A stretch of DNA of 63,940 nucleotides, the filler included, from Sphacelaria rigidula (taxonomy: Eukaryota), in NCBI GenBank assembly GCA_964200075.2. It is 9 parts of 9 records of this genome, joined end to end, with 100 filler letters (N's around TTAATTAATTAA, not from the genome) between each part and the next. Parts side by side here need not be neighbours in the genome. Positions count along the whole stretch, not along the records: positions 1 to 7,017 come from CAXNAA020016938.1; positions 7,118 to 14,134 come from CAXNAA020016939.1; 7 more parts are not named here. One strand, given 5' to 3'. The first letter of the stretch is position 1, and each line of letters opens with the position of its first letter. A program made the position numbers and the translations under genes. Positions 1 through 12,000 of the stretch are shown here, one piece after another. The notes under the pieces are model-generated. The model was not told the DNA's origin and ran no database searches. It worked only from the letters and a program-made list of their open reading frames with translations.

Positions 1-454
1 GGGATCGCAGCCGGTTCGTTGGATGGTGCCGGTGCACTTTTTGTGGGGGGGCTATCTCGGCATTAGTCCAGGAACACCCGTGATTCATGACGGCAACGTA
101 CGGTACCAGCGATATATAGCTATTTATTCAGTTATTTCATTACCGTATTCCTCTCGCAATGATATCATATACCGCATCACACAATAGCTACTCGTAAACG
201 TCGACGGCTGAAGTCTAAATTTGGCTCCTCCGTTCCAACTTAGGGCGCTCGAGTTCCCGGCAAGATAGCTCTTCCCAGTCTCCATCTTCGTATCGTACTC
301 GCCGAAAGCGATTCCCATAATCATACACGTGGCGCTTCGACTTGGCACTGCTCTAGCCTTTCCAGGAGATAGCACCTCTGAGCAGAAGCTTCAAAGCATC
401 ACTGCGTGGGGAAGCGGGGTGCTTCGAGTGCGATGGCAGGGTCGAAGAAACTGT

Positions 455-915
455 GGGGTGATACAGGTGCAAAAGGTTCATGACGCAGTATGGAGAAATG
501 GGTTGTGGGGAAATATATGGGGAATTGGGATCAAGGGAAAGATGTGGACGATGGTGAAGATGACAGAATATGCCAAAAGCGCAAAGATGCTAGACGGGGA
601 AATATCTAAATATTTTGATTTTTTACAAGGGGTTGCACCAGGAATGCGTCATCACTCACTCTGCTCGAGGTATTTATTGATGACCTGATATTAGCAATAG
701 GAACAGCAAAGCAAGGCGTGAAATTGATGAAGACATTGGAAACAGTGCAGATAGCAGCGGCCATGAGAATACTTGGATGCAGTGAAGTTAGTGAAGAAGT
801 TAGAAACAGTACAGATTGCAACAGCTCAGAAAGTACTCGGATGCAGTGAAGTTGGTGAAGGAGTTGGAAACAGTACAGATGACAGCAGCTAAGGGAATTA
901 CTGGGATGCTCGAAA
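455..915 (+). mobile_element. Degenerate non-LTR (LINE) retrotransposon reverse-transcriptase fragment
   Basis: Translation VQKVHDAVWRNGLW...GIKGKMW...LDGEISKYFDFLQGVAPG then a frameshift to VFIDDLILAIGTAKQGV. This matches LINE RT motifs (KAYDTV; GVxQG; xxNDL). It is followed by a C-terminal LETVQMTAAK motif. Confidence 0.8.
718..910 (+). repeat. Three tandem ~64-bp copies of a LINE ORF2 segment
   Basis: gtgaa(a/g)tt..gaaacagt(a/g)cagat...ggatgc units start at 718, 782 and 846. Confidence 0.8.
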
Positions 916-1015
916 CAAATGAGTGTGCCCCCTCCAATTTGTTTTTGGTTGTTTCGGTGGGGCGTAGCCGGGGGTGACACCATCGACACGCAAGGAAACT
1001 ACAGATTGGGCACCA

Positions 1016-1443
1016 TGTCACAAATCACGTGGTGAGCGTCTAGAGGTGAAGGGTACTAGTCCGTGGGCACCCGCGCACTGCCGTGCTCAAACCCGTGCAA
1101 GCACCAGGATCCGACCAAGCTCGATCGTAATTATGCGTGCACGATGGTGCAAGTAATGTTCATGCAGTAACTCCACCTGTAGAGTGTCCAGCGCATGCTC
1201 AAGGTAGCACCTGCAGGCCAGTTATGCTTACTTTAGACGAAGACCAGATACACCTCTGAAAACGCAGTCCCGGAGATGGCGTAGTAGCTTCATATTTTTT
1301 CATCGGCTAGTAGCTGCTGTACTTGTTGGGATCACTCCTAAAAGCTTTGTTAACACATCAGGATAGACAGTCGGATACCAAGCATGACAAAATATGACAG
1401 ATAAAGACTAGCCAACTGGAAAATGATCAATGAATCTGTAACA
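1016..1443. mobile_element. LTR-like repeat, copy 1
   Basis: Begins TGTCA and ends TGTAACA; diverged direct repeat of 5673..6138 (shared gtctagaggtgaagggt, caggatccgaccaagctcgat, cttactttagacgaagaccag); no clear TSD. Confidence 0.6.
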
Positions 1444-1506
1444 GTCCTTCCCACGCCTACTTGTAATGTCTCGTCGATCCGACATGCTGTGTACTACGAT
1501 ACTGGC

Positions 1507-2175
1507 ACCACCACAGCATCCACCCTGTAAATCACGAATATGTCCGGCTATCTCAAATCAAACCCATCGACGAACCACGATTGAACTTGACCAATTTCGC
1601 TGATAATCTTACCGCACGTAACCACTGCAGTATGCACCCTCTATGTGCCCATAACTCGCCGCCGATATCCCATAAAAATTTCCCGGAAATATCCCGTCGA
1701 AGTCGTCTCCACATACGCTACCTTACCACACCTTAAACTTCCGATGAATTACGGTACGCGCTACCTTACCACACCTCACCACCATAGCGTCCATCCTCTA
1801 AATCCGGATAGTTGCCGGGCTATCTCACATCAAACACATCCACGAACCACGATTAAACTTGCCCACTTCCGTTAATAATCTTACCGCGCGTAACCACCGC
1901 AGCATGCACCCTCTACGTGTCCTTCATTCGCCGCCGATACCCCCATCAAAATTTCCTGGAAATATCCCATCAAAGTCGTCTCCACATACGCTACCTTACC
2001 ACAATTAACCACCACACCATCCATCCTTTATATCCCGATCATTGCCCTGCTATCTCACATCAAACCCATCAACGAACCACGATCAAGTTTCCCCATTTTC
2101 GCTAATTATCTTACAACACCTTACCTCTGCACCATGCACTCTCTACATGCTCATCTTCCCGGCGATATCCCATCA
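1507..2175 (+). repeat. Three diverged tandem units of ~235-270 bp
   Basis: Recurrent gctatctca.atcaaac.catc..cgaaccacgat and gcacc/tctcta..tg blocks near 1550, 1820 and 2050. Confidence 0.75.
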
Positions 2176-3182
2176 ATGCCCATATTTTTACCATTTCAAT
2201 TTTAATCACGGAACAACGACATGTTGAAATATTCTTCCAACAAGCGTAAAGTATGTAGTTATTATCGGCTCCTTCCTCCGTGCTCGAATATCTCCAGCTT
2301 ATACCACAGCAACATAGGCTTGGTCAGGTTAGGAAATCATTCAATTGTTCCTCCCAGCTCTGATAACAAACTCAATAAAATGATCGAGTATTTGATGCTT
2401 AAAAGCGACCATAACTATACCACAGAACATAGTCCCTCTCTTCTTAAGATCCTTTATTGATATAAAAATCCAAATTTCTAAGCACAGGAACAGTACTTGC
2501 CCGTATTTAGCTAAACAGGAAATAATTATTACATGCGATAGTAACAACATCTGTCTCCGAACAAGCCGCACCCACGGTCAGTTTACACGACACGTAGCTT
2601 CATGTGTATACTTCGTGACAAAAACCGACCAATTTGCCATCAGGTTGCACATATTGCATGCACGCCCCCTCGTGTGTCACCAACTCTTGAAAACGGCAGT
2701 ACAGTATTGCACTCCACTACGTCCTGTCTCGAACGTGAGTCCCGTTTTGACAAACTTTTATTATCTTTCAACTCATGCACAGCGTAGTCTATACTCCAAC
2801 GAGCATTTGTGTCAAACATGCCCATCCACAAGTAATAGCATCACCCGATTACTTCACTATAGCTTGACACTAAAGCTTGGATTTTTCTGGCACACTTCAA
2901 CCCTTTTTGAAATTCACGTTGTAGACTGGACTCATCTCGAGCATAATTTTGTCTGGCCTGCCCTCAAATGACAGCTTGACACTTCATTATCCCCTTACTC
3001 GAGCGTGGGTTTTTCTTTGATCAAGCCTCGAGTGGCAGCATCCCACCTCACTTTTCAGGGACATCCTATATCATCGCTTAATAGACATGTCTCAGAGACA
3101 TTTTCAATTGGCCCTCACGCTGACTACCTGTTGTTTTCTGAACTTCCCAATTTTGGATCCGTATCTACCTGTGAGAAAAATA

Positions 3183-4497
3183 TCACAACGTATTCCTGGA
3201 GCTACATAAAATAACCGCACCTTTTTGACACCATGCGATGATTGGGGTCCAGCCTTCGTCAGACAACTGATCAGCAGTCCATGTGCGCACCAGGCGAAGT
3301 CCCATCAGCTCCCCCAACCGTGTGTCCATTGCTCCTTTCGTTCCCTCACCTGAGGTAATTTGCGCATTTCCATGTTCCTCGAAAACCTCAACCCAAACAT
3401 GCGAGAGTTCCCTTATAGCCGTCAAACACGCCTTCGATTTCCAGGCATTTCTCCTCGCCCAGAATATGCCACCTCCAACAGGGGTCATATCTAGCTCCCA
3501 ACCCAGACACGGGCGAGCCACCACAACAACCAAACATGTCGAGGGATTTGCACTCGTAATAGCGGTATAGTTCAGCTAAAACGTGACGGAGGAGGTGCTA
3601 CCAGTGGGATCCATCCCGAAGATGTTGTGTTGACCGGTATCATCAATTTCCATAGTGCTGAGGTAGGCAACCTCCTCCTTTTTCTCCCCGTCTCCATCTT
3701 CCACTTTTGTCGACGATCGGCACTTTATAGCACTGTGGCGTTCTCCTCCGCAATTCGTACAGACAGCTTTGCACTGAGCTCTTCTTACATGACCGACCTC
3801 ACCACAAGCCCAGCATTCAACTTTGCTCTTCTCCTCACCTTTCCGCCCGTTGTTCGCAGCAAGAAAAGCCTCCGATGATGCAGCAGCCTTCTTCGCCGCC
3901 TCTGCCTCCACTTTTTCTACCCCCGCAACCTCCTGCAGTTGACTGTAACGAGACGCGATGTTGCGTATCAACTCTGCACGAGTGATAGTACCGTCGTAAC
4001 CCATCGTGCGGGTCTAAGTATCGTAATCTGCATTTGATGCCACGACCGCGATAGTACGGACGTTGACAGCTTCCTGGCTGGACGCATGGCTCGGAGACAG
4101 CACCCAAATCTTGGCCTACATGGCCTCAAGGTCGGCAATGAGCTCGATTGGGCCCTCCGCGCGCCTAGGGATCTGCTACTGTTCTTCTTCGGAAGTTAGT
4201 TCACTGCTTGGATAGTCTGAGGCTCGAAATACTCCCGCACTTTTCTCCAGGCTGCACTTGGTCCCTCCGCTATGACGTTTTTCACGGCCTGTGTCGCGAC
4301 GTTCAGAACAAAAACGCGAACACTTCCTGGGCATAATTGATTTTGACCATGCTAAATCTTCTTGTGAGATCCGGCATGTCGAACAGGCCGCCTGTGATAT
4401 CATCATCTCTTAGTAGTGCATGTCTACGCCCCCTGCTCCTACTCAGGAGCTGTAGGATCTCCCTTGCCCAGTTGCTGTAGTCTTCGACAGCACCCAC
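3183..4497 (-). pseudogene. LTR retrotransposon (probably Ty1/Copia) gag/protease relic
   Basis: Two zinc knuckles, CWACGEVGHVRRAQC and CTNCGGERHSAIKC, followed by AYL..and a degenerate D-x-T-G region. In-frame stop at 3576 and frameshifts upstream. Confidence 0.65.
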
Positions 4498-4656
4498 CGC
4501 TGAACATCGGGTAATTTATGCGGTTTGTGTTCCATCCTGAAGTCAGAGCTTCGCCTTGCCTGCTACTACTGTACAAGTTGTCGCCAGACACCACCGCTGT
4601 GCCACTTCTGTCGCCGTCACCCGCACAGTACCCACGGTTTCAGCGCCAGATACCCT

Positions 4657-4670
4657 CCCGGTATCTCCAC
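4657..4670 (-). promoter_or_regulatory. Putative primer-binding site (tRNA-Ala-like)
   Basis: Minus strand ...TAACA|GTGGAGATACCGGG directly after a putative LTR end and upstream of gag. It is complementary to a CCCGGYAYCTCCA tRNA-Ala-type 3' end. Confidence 0.45.
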
Positions 4671-4767
4671 TGTTAACATGAGCTTCCGCCGGGGACTTAT
4701 GTCCTTTTTCAGCGGTCAGTTTCTCGAGAAGCCTGGTGATCCTGTCTAAGGGCCTTCACTATCAACA
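4671..4767 (-). mobile_element. Putative short 5' LTR of the gag relic
   Basis: Minus strand TGTTGATAG...TGTTAACA, 97 bp, abutting the PBS; partner LTR not found. Confidence 0.35.
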
Positions 4768-5672
4768 ATAAAAAAAATGGGAGAAGGTCTGAAATTTCGG
4801 CAATCGCCTAGGCTCATTATTATCTAGATCTACTGTTGCTGGTAGATATCTCATTACAGATGGTGCTGTTCTCGTCGTTTTCTTGCTTATGCCGGCAAAA
4901 CAAAGGACAGTTATGCTACCTGCCCATCCATGTATGACGTTCATAACTGTGGTAATCATCTTTCTCACAACCTCTTTGTCACACGGGGGGGCAGTCGGAC
5001 AGGCTAGGGCGTGATCCACCGGCTCTCTCGGGATGCTGCAGCAGCACACATGAGTAAAAACATCGACTGTAGAGAGTGATGGGAAAAGCTGCACCCAGTC
5101 ACACCTCAGGAGTTCTGATGCTGTAGAGCTATATGCCCTCCTTCTCCGTGCATAGCTTGCAGCATATGCTTGCTTTCTGTGAGTTGTATGCGCAGATACA
5201 CCCAATTAAATCACCAGCTATACGCTTTTCAGACGGTGTGGCAGCGTACACTCGTGGTAGCACTGCAGACAAGTAGGTAGCTACTGGATTGTTTCTGCTC
5301 TTCACTTCGAAAGTGCGTATGTCTGCAAACAACGACGACCATCGTGCTTGACCCCAACAACCGCTTAAACACCGCTGCCGGGGCACACACCGTCTAAGAA
5401 GATAGATTCCGCCAACCCCGATGCTTTTTAATCTATGATATAGCCCAGGGTGTCACTAGTAAGGTTACAGATGATCCTCGCATGCTTGCGAGCGCCACGG
5501 CGTGCGCCAAGGGCAGCTCTGCGGAGTATTGCGCTGCGGTCCGAAACACTCGGCGTTCGCCAAACGCGCAGGCTTGGCTCAAAAATCTAGCCGCTTCATT
5601 TTCGGAGAACGCCAAGCGCCAGGGGCGAAAACGCCTAAAATCTTGGCAATCTCCGAAAAAACTCGGCAACAT

Positions 5673-6138
5673 TGTCACGCGGTGAACGTCTAGAGGTGAA
5701 GGGTGCCAGGCTGTGGGCACCCTCGCAGTCATGCTTAAAAGACACGCAAGCATCAGGATCCGACCAAGCTCGATAATGATTGTGCGTCCAAGATGTTTTA
5801 AGTAATCTTCATGTAGTCGCACTCCACCTACCTGCAGTATGTCGAATGCTCGAGACAACACCAGCCGCAGGCAAATCAGGCTTACTTTAGACGAAGACCA
5901 GCAACACCTCTGATGTCGCAGTCCGAGAATGGCGTAAATGCTTCTTGTATTATCGGCGAATAGGCTAGTAGCTGCTGTACTTGGTGAGATGCTAGTCCCA
6001 AAACGTTGTCCCCATACAAGGGCAGACAGCCAAGTTGTACCACACAATGTAGTATGATCCATCGGATATCAAGCATGACAAAGTATGACACGTACATGAA
6101 ACCTAGTCGACTAGAAAATGACCAATATATCTGTAACA
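5673..6138. mobile_element. LTR-like repeat, copy 2
   Basis: TGTCA...TGTAACA; homologous to 1016..1443. Confidence 0.6.
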
Positions 6139-7017
6139 CCCCCCTAACCTTATTTATAAGGCTAAATTAAATATTTCGGAGGGCTGAAAGGGCCAGAACC
6201 AAAACATAGCCTGTGCATCATGCGCCTGAAGGTAAAACGAGAAAAACCTGCAGAATTACAGTACAGGGAAAAACTCGTTGCAGATCTAATGGATAGGTAT
6301 ACCCTGATAAGCAGGGGAAAACCCTATCCGTTAGGAAAGGAAAAAGCTCTGTAGCGCCCTTTCGAACAACAGAAACAGCAGACAAGTACGGTCGCCGTCG
6401 TTTTCCCGGGATCTTAGTTAGACTGGGGAACGATTGGCTAGTTAGCTCAATCGCGCGTCGACACCCCGGATCAGTCACACTGGATTCTAGGGTAGTGCGG
6501 GGCTTGAACCCCACCCAACCATTAGTTGAATCGCTCAAAACAACCTTTCCACGAACTGATCAATAATAGTTACAGGAGTGCAGCTTTTGAGGGGTGCTCT
6601 TTGTTATGTAATAGGGATTTGTAATCTTCAGTGATTGTTGAGTACGTTTGACTGCTTTCCCCATGAGAGGCGCATACATGTTAGATGATATAGATATTGC
6701 AGTGCTGAGTTGTTTCTGGTATGACCAACGGGCACGAGCAGCTTATATATTGGGCTAATGGACGAGCGCCGACATGATCAACTAACAGTGGATCCTAGAA
6801 AATGGGGTTCATCTCAGAAAAGAGGTTGAAGTGGCATTTATCTTTTGCAGGGCAGACGCGAAACACTTACGACCGAGCAAAGCCATCTTCCCCCCCCCCC
6901 CCAAGGTCCGCAGCAGTTGAGCAGCTGTGGCTAGGTGCACCTAACGAATGCGGTGTACACGCGTGTCGATGACGATATCACCAGAGAGAGAAGTAGCGAC
7001 AGAGAGAAAGCTCCTCG

Positions 7018-7117
7018 NNNNNNNNNNNNNNNNNNNNNNNNNNNNNNNNNNNNNNNNNNNNTTAATTAATTAANNNNNNNNNNNNNNNNNNNNNNNNNNN
7101 NNNNNNNNNNNNNNNNN
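7018..7117. other. Artificial contig linker
   Basis: 44 N + TTAATTAATTAA + 44 N, exactly 100 bp; gives stops in all six frames. Confidence 0.98.
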
Positions 7118-7126
7118 AGTTAAAGC

Positions 7127-8010
7127 TCAATTCGCACAACTTGTTGTTACTGGGAAAGATTTTAGTTTGTTTTTGTTTTCTTGCTCGTTCGCCCTTTCTC
7201 GTAAGGCTTGTCTCGCGATTTCAAATCCAAACCGTAGGTTTTCCCGTGTTTCCTTGGAAAATTCTTCGGGTGTCCCCGCTTGGCTCTCTTCTGGTATGCC
7301 GAGAATCACGTCAACTGGCAATCTGGGCTGCCTTCCGAACAACAGGAAATACGGTGTCTCTTGTACTGTGTTATGATACGAGGTGTTGTACGCCATTTGG
7401 ATGAATGGAAGCATAGATGCCCAGTTTTTGTTTCCGACTGACATGTGCATCGCTAACATCGCGTGCATAGTGGAGTGGACGCGTTCCGACACTGAGTTGC
7501 CTTGCGGACGTAGTGGGGTCGTACGTGTTTTATCGAAACCTAACTATCTCTTGTTGCAGTGCGTATATTAATTTGTTCTCAAAATCGGCTCCCTGGTCGC
7601 TGTAAAGCTTCATTGGGATGCCAAATGTTGTAAAAAATCTGTCGACAAGGGCTTTGGCTATCGCCGTGGCTTGTTTAATCGGGACTTGAATGAGCAAAGC
7701 ATACCTTGTGAGGTGGTCCATTACTGACAGTACGTATTTACATAGTACTCCGGCGTTGGACATTGAAGCCGTTTTGTATTCAACCAGGTCAACCGACACT
7801 CGTTCATATGGCCCTTCTACCGGAACGTGTCCCATTGGCAATTTTTGCCGGCGGGGCGTCTTTCGGCGTTGGCAACTTTGACATTTTAAACACCAATCTT
7901 TGATATCGCAGTTCATTGATGGCCAATAATACTTCGGTCGGATTTTGTCGTATGTTCGCTTAAATCATAAGTGGTCTCCTGGTAGTGCATGGTCATGGTA
8001 CGCATGTAGC
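7127..8010 (-). pseudogene. Gypsy integrase (HHCC zinc finger and rve core), frameshifted
   Basis: HAYHDH..H...WCLKCQSCQRRK, VSVDLVEY, MDHLTRY, LYSDQGADFEN, SERVHSTM, YNTSYH..TPYFLLFGRQPRLP. Confidence 0.9.
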
Positions 8011-8399
8011 ACGAAGCCTATTGGGGTCTTAGGAAGCACAAGTTGGTCGCAAACTGTGCTTCGTTTTTTCAAGTGTCCCGGCAAGTAAGACTTGAATAAA
8101 ATCCCGTCATGTACTGAATAATGTGACATCGCTGGGAGCGATTTTTTTTCTGGTATCGGAGCATATTTTTCCGTGATATATTGGATGTAGGGTCCGTACT
8201 CTAGTGCTTGCTCTTCTCGCAAATTGTTGCGGTTGATTGACGTGAAGACGTTCGCTGCGCTTACGTGTACTGATTTCACGGTGAACAACTTCCGATCACT
8301 TTGCACCGGTTTCAAATTTTCGAGCTTTTCAGCTGAAATCTGGAACTGATGTTGTGGCTTAGCTATTTGTAACTCAGGGTTTTCTGGGACGTTACGGCA

Positions 8400-8858
8400 T
8401 ATCGACGCAAGCAACGGCTTGATTTCTGCTTCTTGTCGCTTTTCGAACGCGAACAGCCGTGAGAGGGTGCCCGGTATAACATGAAGTTTCCCCGGTTTAT
8501 GTTTGACCATGAAGTCATCCAATTGCAATGCGATCGCCCATCGGGTCAACATATTACTTGTATCCTGCATCGCATACAAATATCGAAGAGCGGCATGGTC
8601 TATTACACACGTAAAGTGACGTCCCCAGAGAAAAGCTCTGAACTGTTGAATCGCTAGTACGACCGCGTAACATTCTTTCATGGAGGGCGAATAGCGGACC
8701 TGGGCGTCTTTGAAACGTTGACTGAAGTATGCTACGATTGCCCCGTCTCCGCCTTTCCTTTGGGAAACGGAGGCCCCGGCCCCACGGTCTGAAGCATCAA
8801 CGTTGATGATGAAGTCTTTCGTGAAATCTGGAAAATGAAGGACGGGTGCCTCAGTCAT
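8400..8858 (-). pseudogene. Gypsy RNase H
   Basis: APVLHFPDFTKDFIINVDASDRGAGA...YSPSMKECYAVV...DHAALRYL...LTRWAIALQ...HKPGKLH. Confidence 0.9.
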
Positions 8859-9780
8859 CTATTTTTTAATTTTCTCGAAGGCTTCATCATGTTCAGTATT
8901 CCAGAGTTTCGACACTTGTTTTGCCGCTCCTTTTTTTGTGAGATCTACCAGTAGTGCTATGGTTGTAGCCAAGTCTGGCATGAATTTCCGTACGAAATTT
9001 ATTGTACCAAGTACTGATCTCAACTCTTTGATATTGGTGGGTGTCGGCAAGTCGAGGATAGCTTTTATTCTTTCATCACTCACTCTGATGCCATCTGCGG
9101 ACAGTATATGGCCCAAGTATTTGACCTGCTTTGGACCAAATTGGATTTTTGTCGGCTTTAGTGTAAGGTCTGCTGTTTGCAGTGCTTTGAACGTGCTTTC
9201 TAGTATGGTGAGATGACTCTCCCAGCTTGATGAAAAACCAATTATGTCATCCATATATCCATATACACTAGTAAGCCACTCTTAGGTCCGAAGTGTGCAA
9301 ATGCTAGTGCCATTATGCGTGAGAAGATAAAGGGTGAACACGCTAAACCAAATGATAACCGGTTGAACACCCATTTCCCTCTTTGAGTTACAAACGCTGT
9401 TTTCTCTTTTCGCTTTCCGCCACTGGTATCTGGTGGAACGCACTTTGTACATCGCAAACTGTTATGAATTTCGCCCCCGCTACTGTATCTATGTGACTTT
9501 CGATAGCTGGTATGGGCCATGATTTGCGAATCAAGTTTTTATTTATCATTGCTCGATAATCTACGCAAAATCGTGCTGTTCCGTCTGCATTTGCGACTGT
9601 TGTAACCGCTGATCCCCACGGGCTTGGGCGTTGTTCGACTATACCATATTTTCCCATCTAGCCGAAGCATTTGTCGATTGCGTCTTGCACTCTGGGGTTT
9701 GCTCTATATGATCCTCGGTCTACCGGCTGAGTCCCAGGTTTGAGCGGAAAACGTGCTTCATCTAACGTACAACAGCTCAA
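8859..9780 (-). pseudogene. Gypsy reverse transcriptase, disrupted
   Basis: SPWGSAVT..ARFCVDYRAMN, DVQSAFHQIP, KTAFVT..FNRLSFGL, YM/DDII (frameshifted), YLGHILS..GI, LRSVLGTINFVRKF. Confidence 0.92.
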
Positions 9781-10294
9781 CTCCTGCGGAGTAAGTGAAA
9801 GCCCAGAACAGTATTGTGCGCAAAGATCCAGTATTTGAGAGCACTGTTCCGGGGAAAAGGTCGTATTTTCGAAAGCTTTGCGTAAAGCTGGACGTAATTC
9901 CTCTTTCGCATTTTCTCTCTCTGACATCTTATTTCCCGCCATTGCACTGACTGTAGCTGGTTTTGTTTCTCGTGCTGGGGTGATATAGCCTAAAATCGTA
10001 TTACGTTCCAGGTTCACATCATGTCGATTCGACGGATCGTCGATTTGTACCATTACATCTTATTTGTTGCCGACCATGTGCACACCGTCCTTGCAACGAT
10101 GATGCGCGTGAACGCTTGGGGTACATTGGTTGATCGAATTTCTTATTCATTTATAATGCGTGGCTCTGCGACGGCTGTTGTCATTCTTGACGGGGTATTT
10201 TCCGTTTCAACAAATACTGCCATCTCACTCAGCGGGGACACATTGCATTTCTTCGTGAGAAAAACTGGAACAGCGTTTGAACAGTTCACACTGA

Positions 10295-10720
10295 CTACAG
10301 AACAGTGTGTCGTTTCGGGGTGTGTTGTATTTGTGAACGCTGTTGTTTTCGATGCGATGCTTTGATTTTTATACTGGAATCACGGAATGTTAGCTCTTCC
10401 GCTTGCCAGTCGAGTATAGCTTGGAAAGCACTCATAACGGAATTGTGCAGTAACAGGAAATCCGGTCCTAGGTTAGGCAATACGAACGCTTCCACTGGTA
10501 GGGTTTTATCCCTGACGTAAGTTCGAAACGTATGAAACCTAGAATTTTCATGGGGGAGCCGTCCGCACTTCTGAGGTCTATCGACCCCGGCGGTACTGGC
10601 TTTATATCAGCTGCCATTATGGCCGGGTGTTCATCGACGAACTTTTTGCTGATACTGGGCACGTCTGCTGCGGAATCAATTGTGATTTTTTCAGCGGGGG
10701 TGCCGTTTACTCTGGCCGTG
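10295..10720 (-). pseudogene. Gypsy aspartic protease
   Basis: ARVNGTPAEKITIDSAADVPSIS...SADGSPMKILG...EAFVLPNLGPDFLLL. Confidence 0.75.
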
Positions 10721-11301
10721 ACTCTCACACGGGCTGATGCACAGTACAGTGCTAAAGGTGCAACTGTATATCTGACAAGCAAATATGCGTTGCAAGAGCC
10801 ATAACAGTGATCATTTAGGATCGGGTTTGAAAACGAAGATTGGTGTTTCGATTTTTTATTTTTCTGCAATGAGTTACTCACAAAAGCCGCTTGCGGAGCT
10901 AAAAATATACGTTGCGTCTGTTCTACGCACGTCATTTGTACTTTGCCCTCTGCTTCTATGCTCCTGCTCGTGCTCATCTCGTACATGGTTGACCTCTACC
11001 CGAGACCTCTTACGCATTCTCTGTGGTTGGTCTGCTGTACTGTCAGAAAAATGAAACTCTCCCATCTGACGAGCCAGAGGGTTGACGATTTCGCATCTTT
11101 CTATTTCCCTCGATTTTCTACGTAAGGATTTATCGTTTCTGCCCTGATCAGACGAGGGGTCCTCTCTAGGGCGTCCTCACGGGTTGTACTTTTTAGCAAA
11201 CTCTACATGGCTCTGCATAAGGCGGCAATCCGCTGTCTCGTGTGTGTTCTTGTACCGACATGGTGCGTACTCACAACGGACAGATTTTTTCGTTTTACCG
11301 C

Positions 11302-12000
11302 TCAACGGCTTGTCGTTATAAGTACTTTTATCGTTACTGTCTTTGAAGTGTACTTTTTCAACTCCCCCCCTGATGTATTCGCGCTCCTGTCTCTGCTAGC
11401 AGACCGTCTCTCCGCTCTCCCTCTCTCTCCTTTAATCGATTTTAACTGCGACTGAAGATCCGTAAGGATTGCGCCATAATCGGCTATCATTTCCGCTAGC
11501 TGTGGACGTGGGGAATTTACGGTTGCGGCCGAGACATGGGGAACGTCTCCGGTTTGGTTTGGCCATGTGCGGAGATTGTTTTGTTTGTGTTTTTTCGCTC
11601 GCGCTGTCGCAGTTTGGAAGTCGAGCGTACTATCTTCCCTCACCATTCCAACCCTAATATAGGGTTTGAGCCCGGTCTCAAATGCTGCTGTTGTGATCAC
11701 GTCCATTATGATGCGAAGCGTGTCGTGGCCAGGGAATTTCACCCGCAAGGCCTCGGTCACGAATCTGCCATCGAAGTCGTACACTCCAGTGCATAGTCGT
11801 CTACGTTCTGATCTTTCTGTTTCAGATCGGCTATCGCACGGGCTAAGAGTGCCTGTTGGTTTGGTGGAGAGAAGCGATGGGTGTAGGCCGCTACCCATTC
11901 TGTCCACGTTTTCGGGGCGATGGGTGCGGTATCTTTTCCTCTCGATTTGAGGTCTTGCAACAGCTAGTGAGCGTCACTTTACTTTTCTGCTGACCCTCTG
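11302..12000 (-). pseudogene. Gypsy gag capsid-like region
   Basis: TWTEWVAAYTHRFSPPNQ..ADLKQKDQNVDDYAL and FETGLKPYIR motifs in overlapping frames. Confidence 0.7.

Noticed and set aside
4762..5386. Minus-strand Cys-containing frames as a transposase fragment
   Set aside because: Looks protein-like, but there is no recognisable catalytic motif or termini
5433..6062. 209-aa minus-strand ORF as a gene
   Set aside because: It spans an LTR-like repeat and adjoining repeat, is not preserved in the other copy and has no motif
7062..7073. Recurring TTAATTAATTAA palindrome every ~7.1 kb as a biological repeat or recombination site
   Set aside because: Always centred in 88 Ns; it is a synthetic six-frame-stop linker
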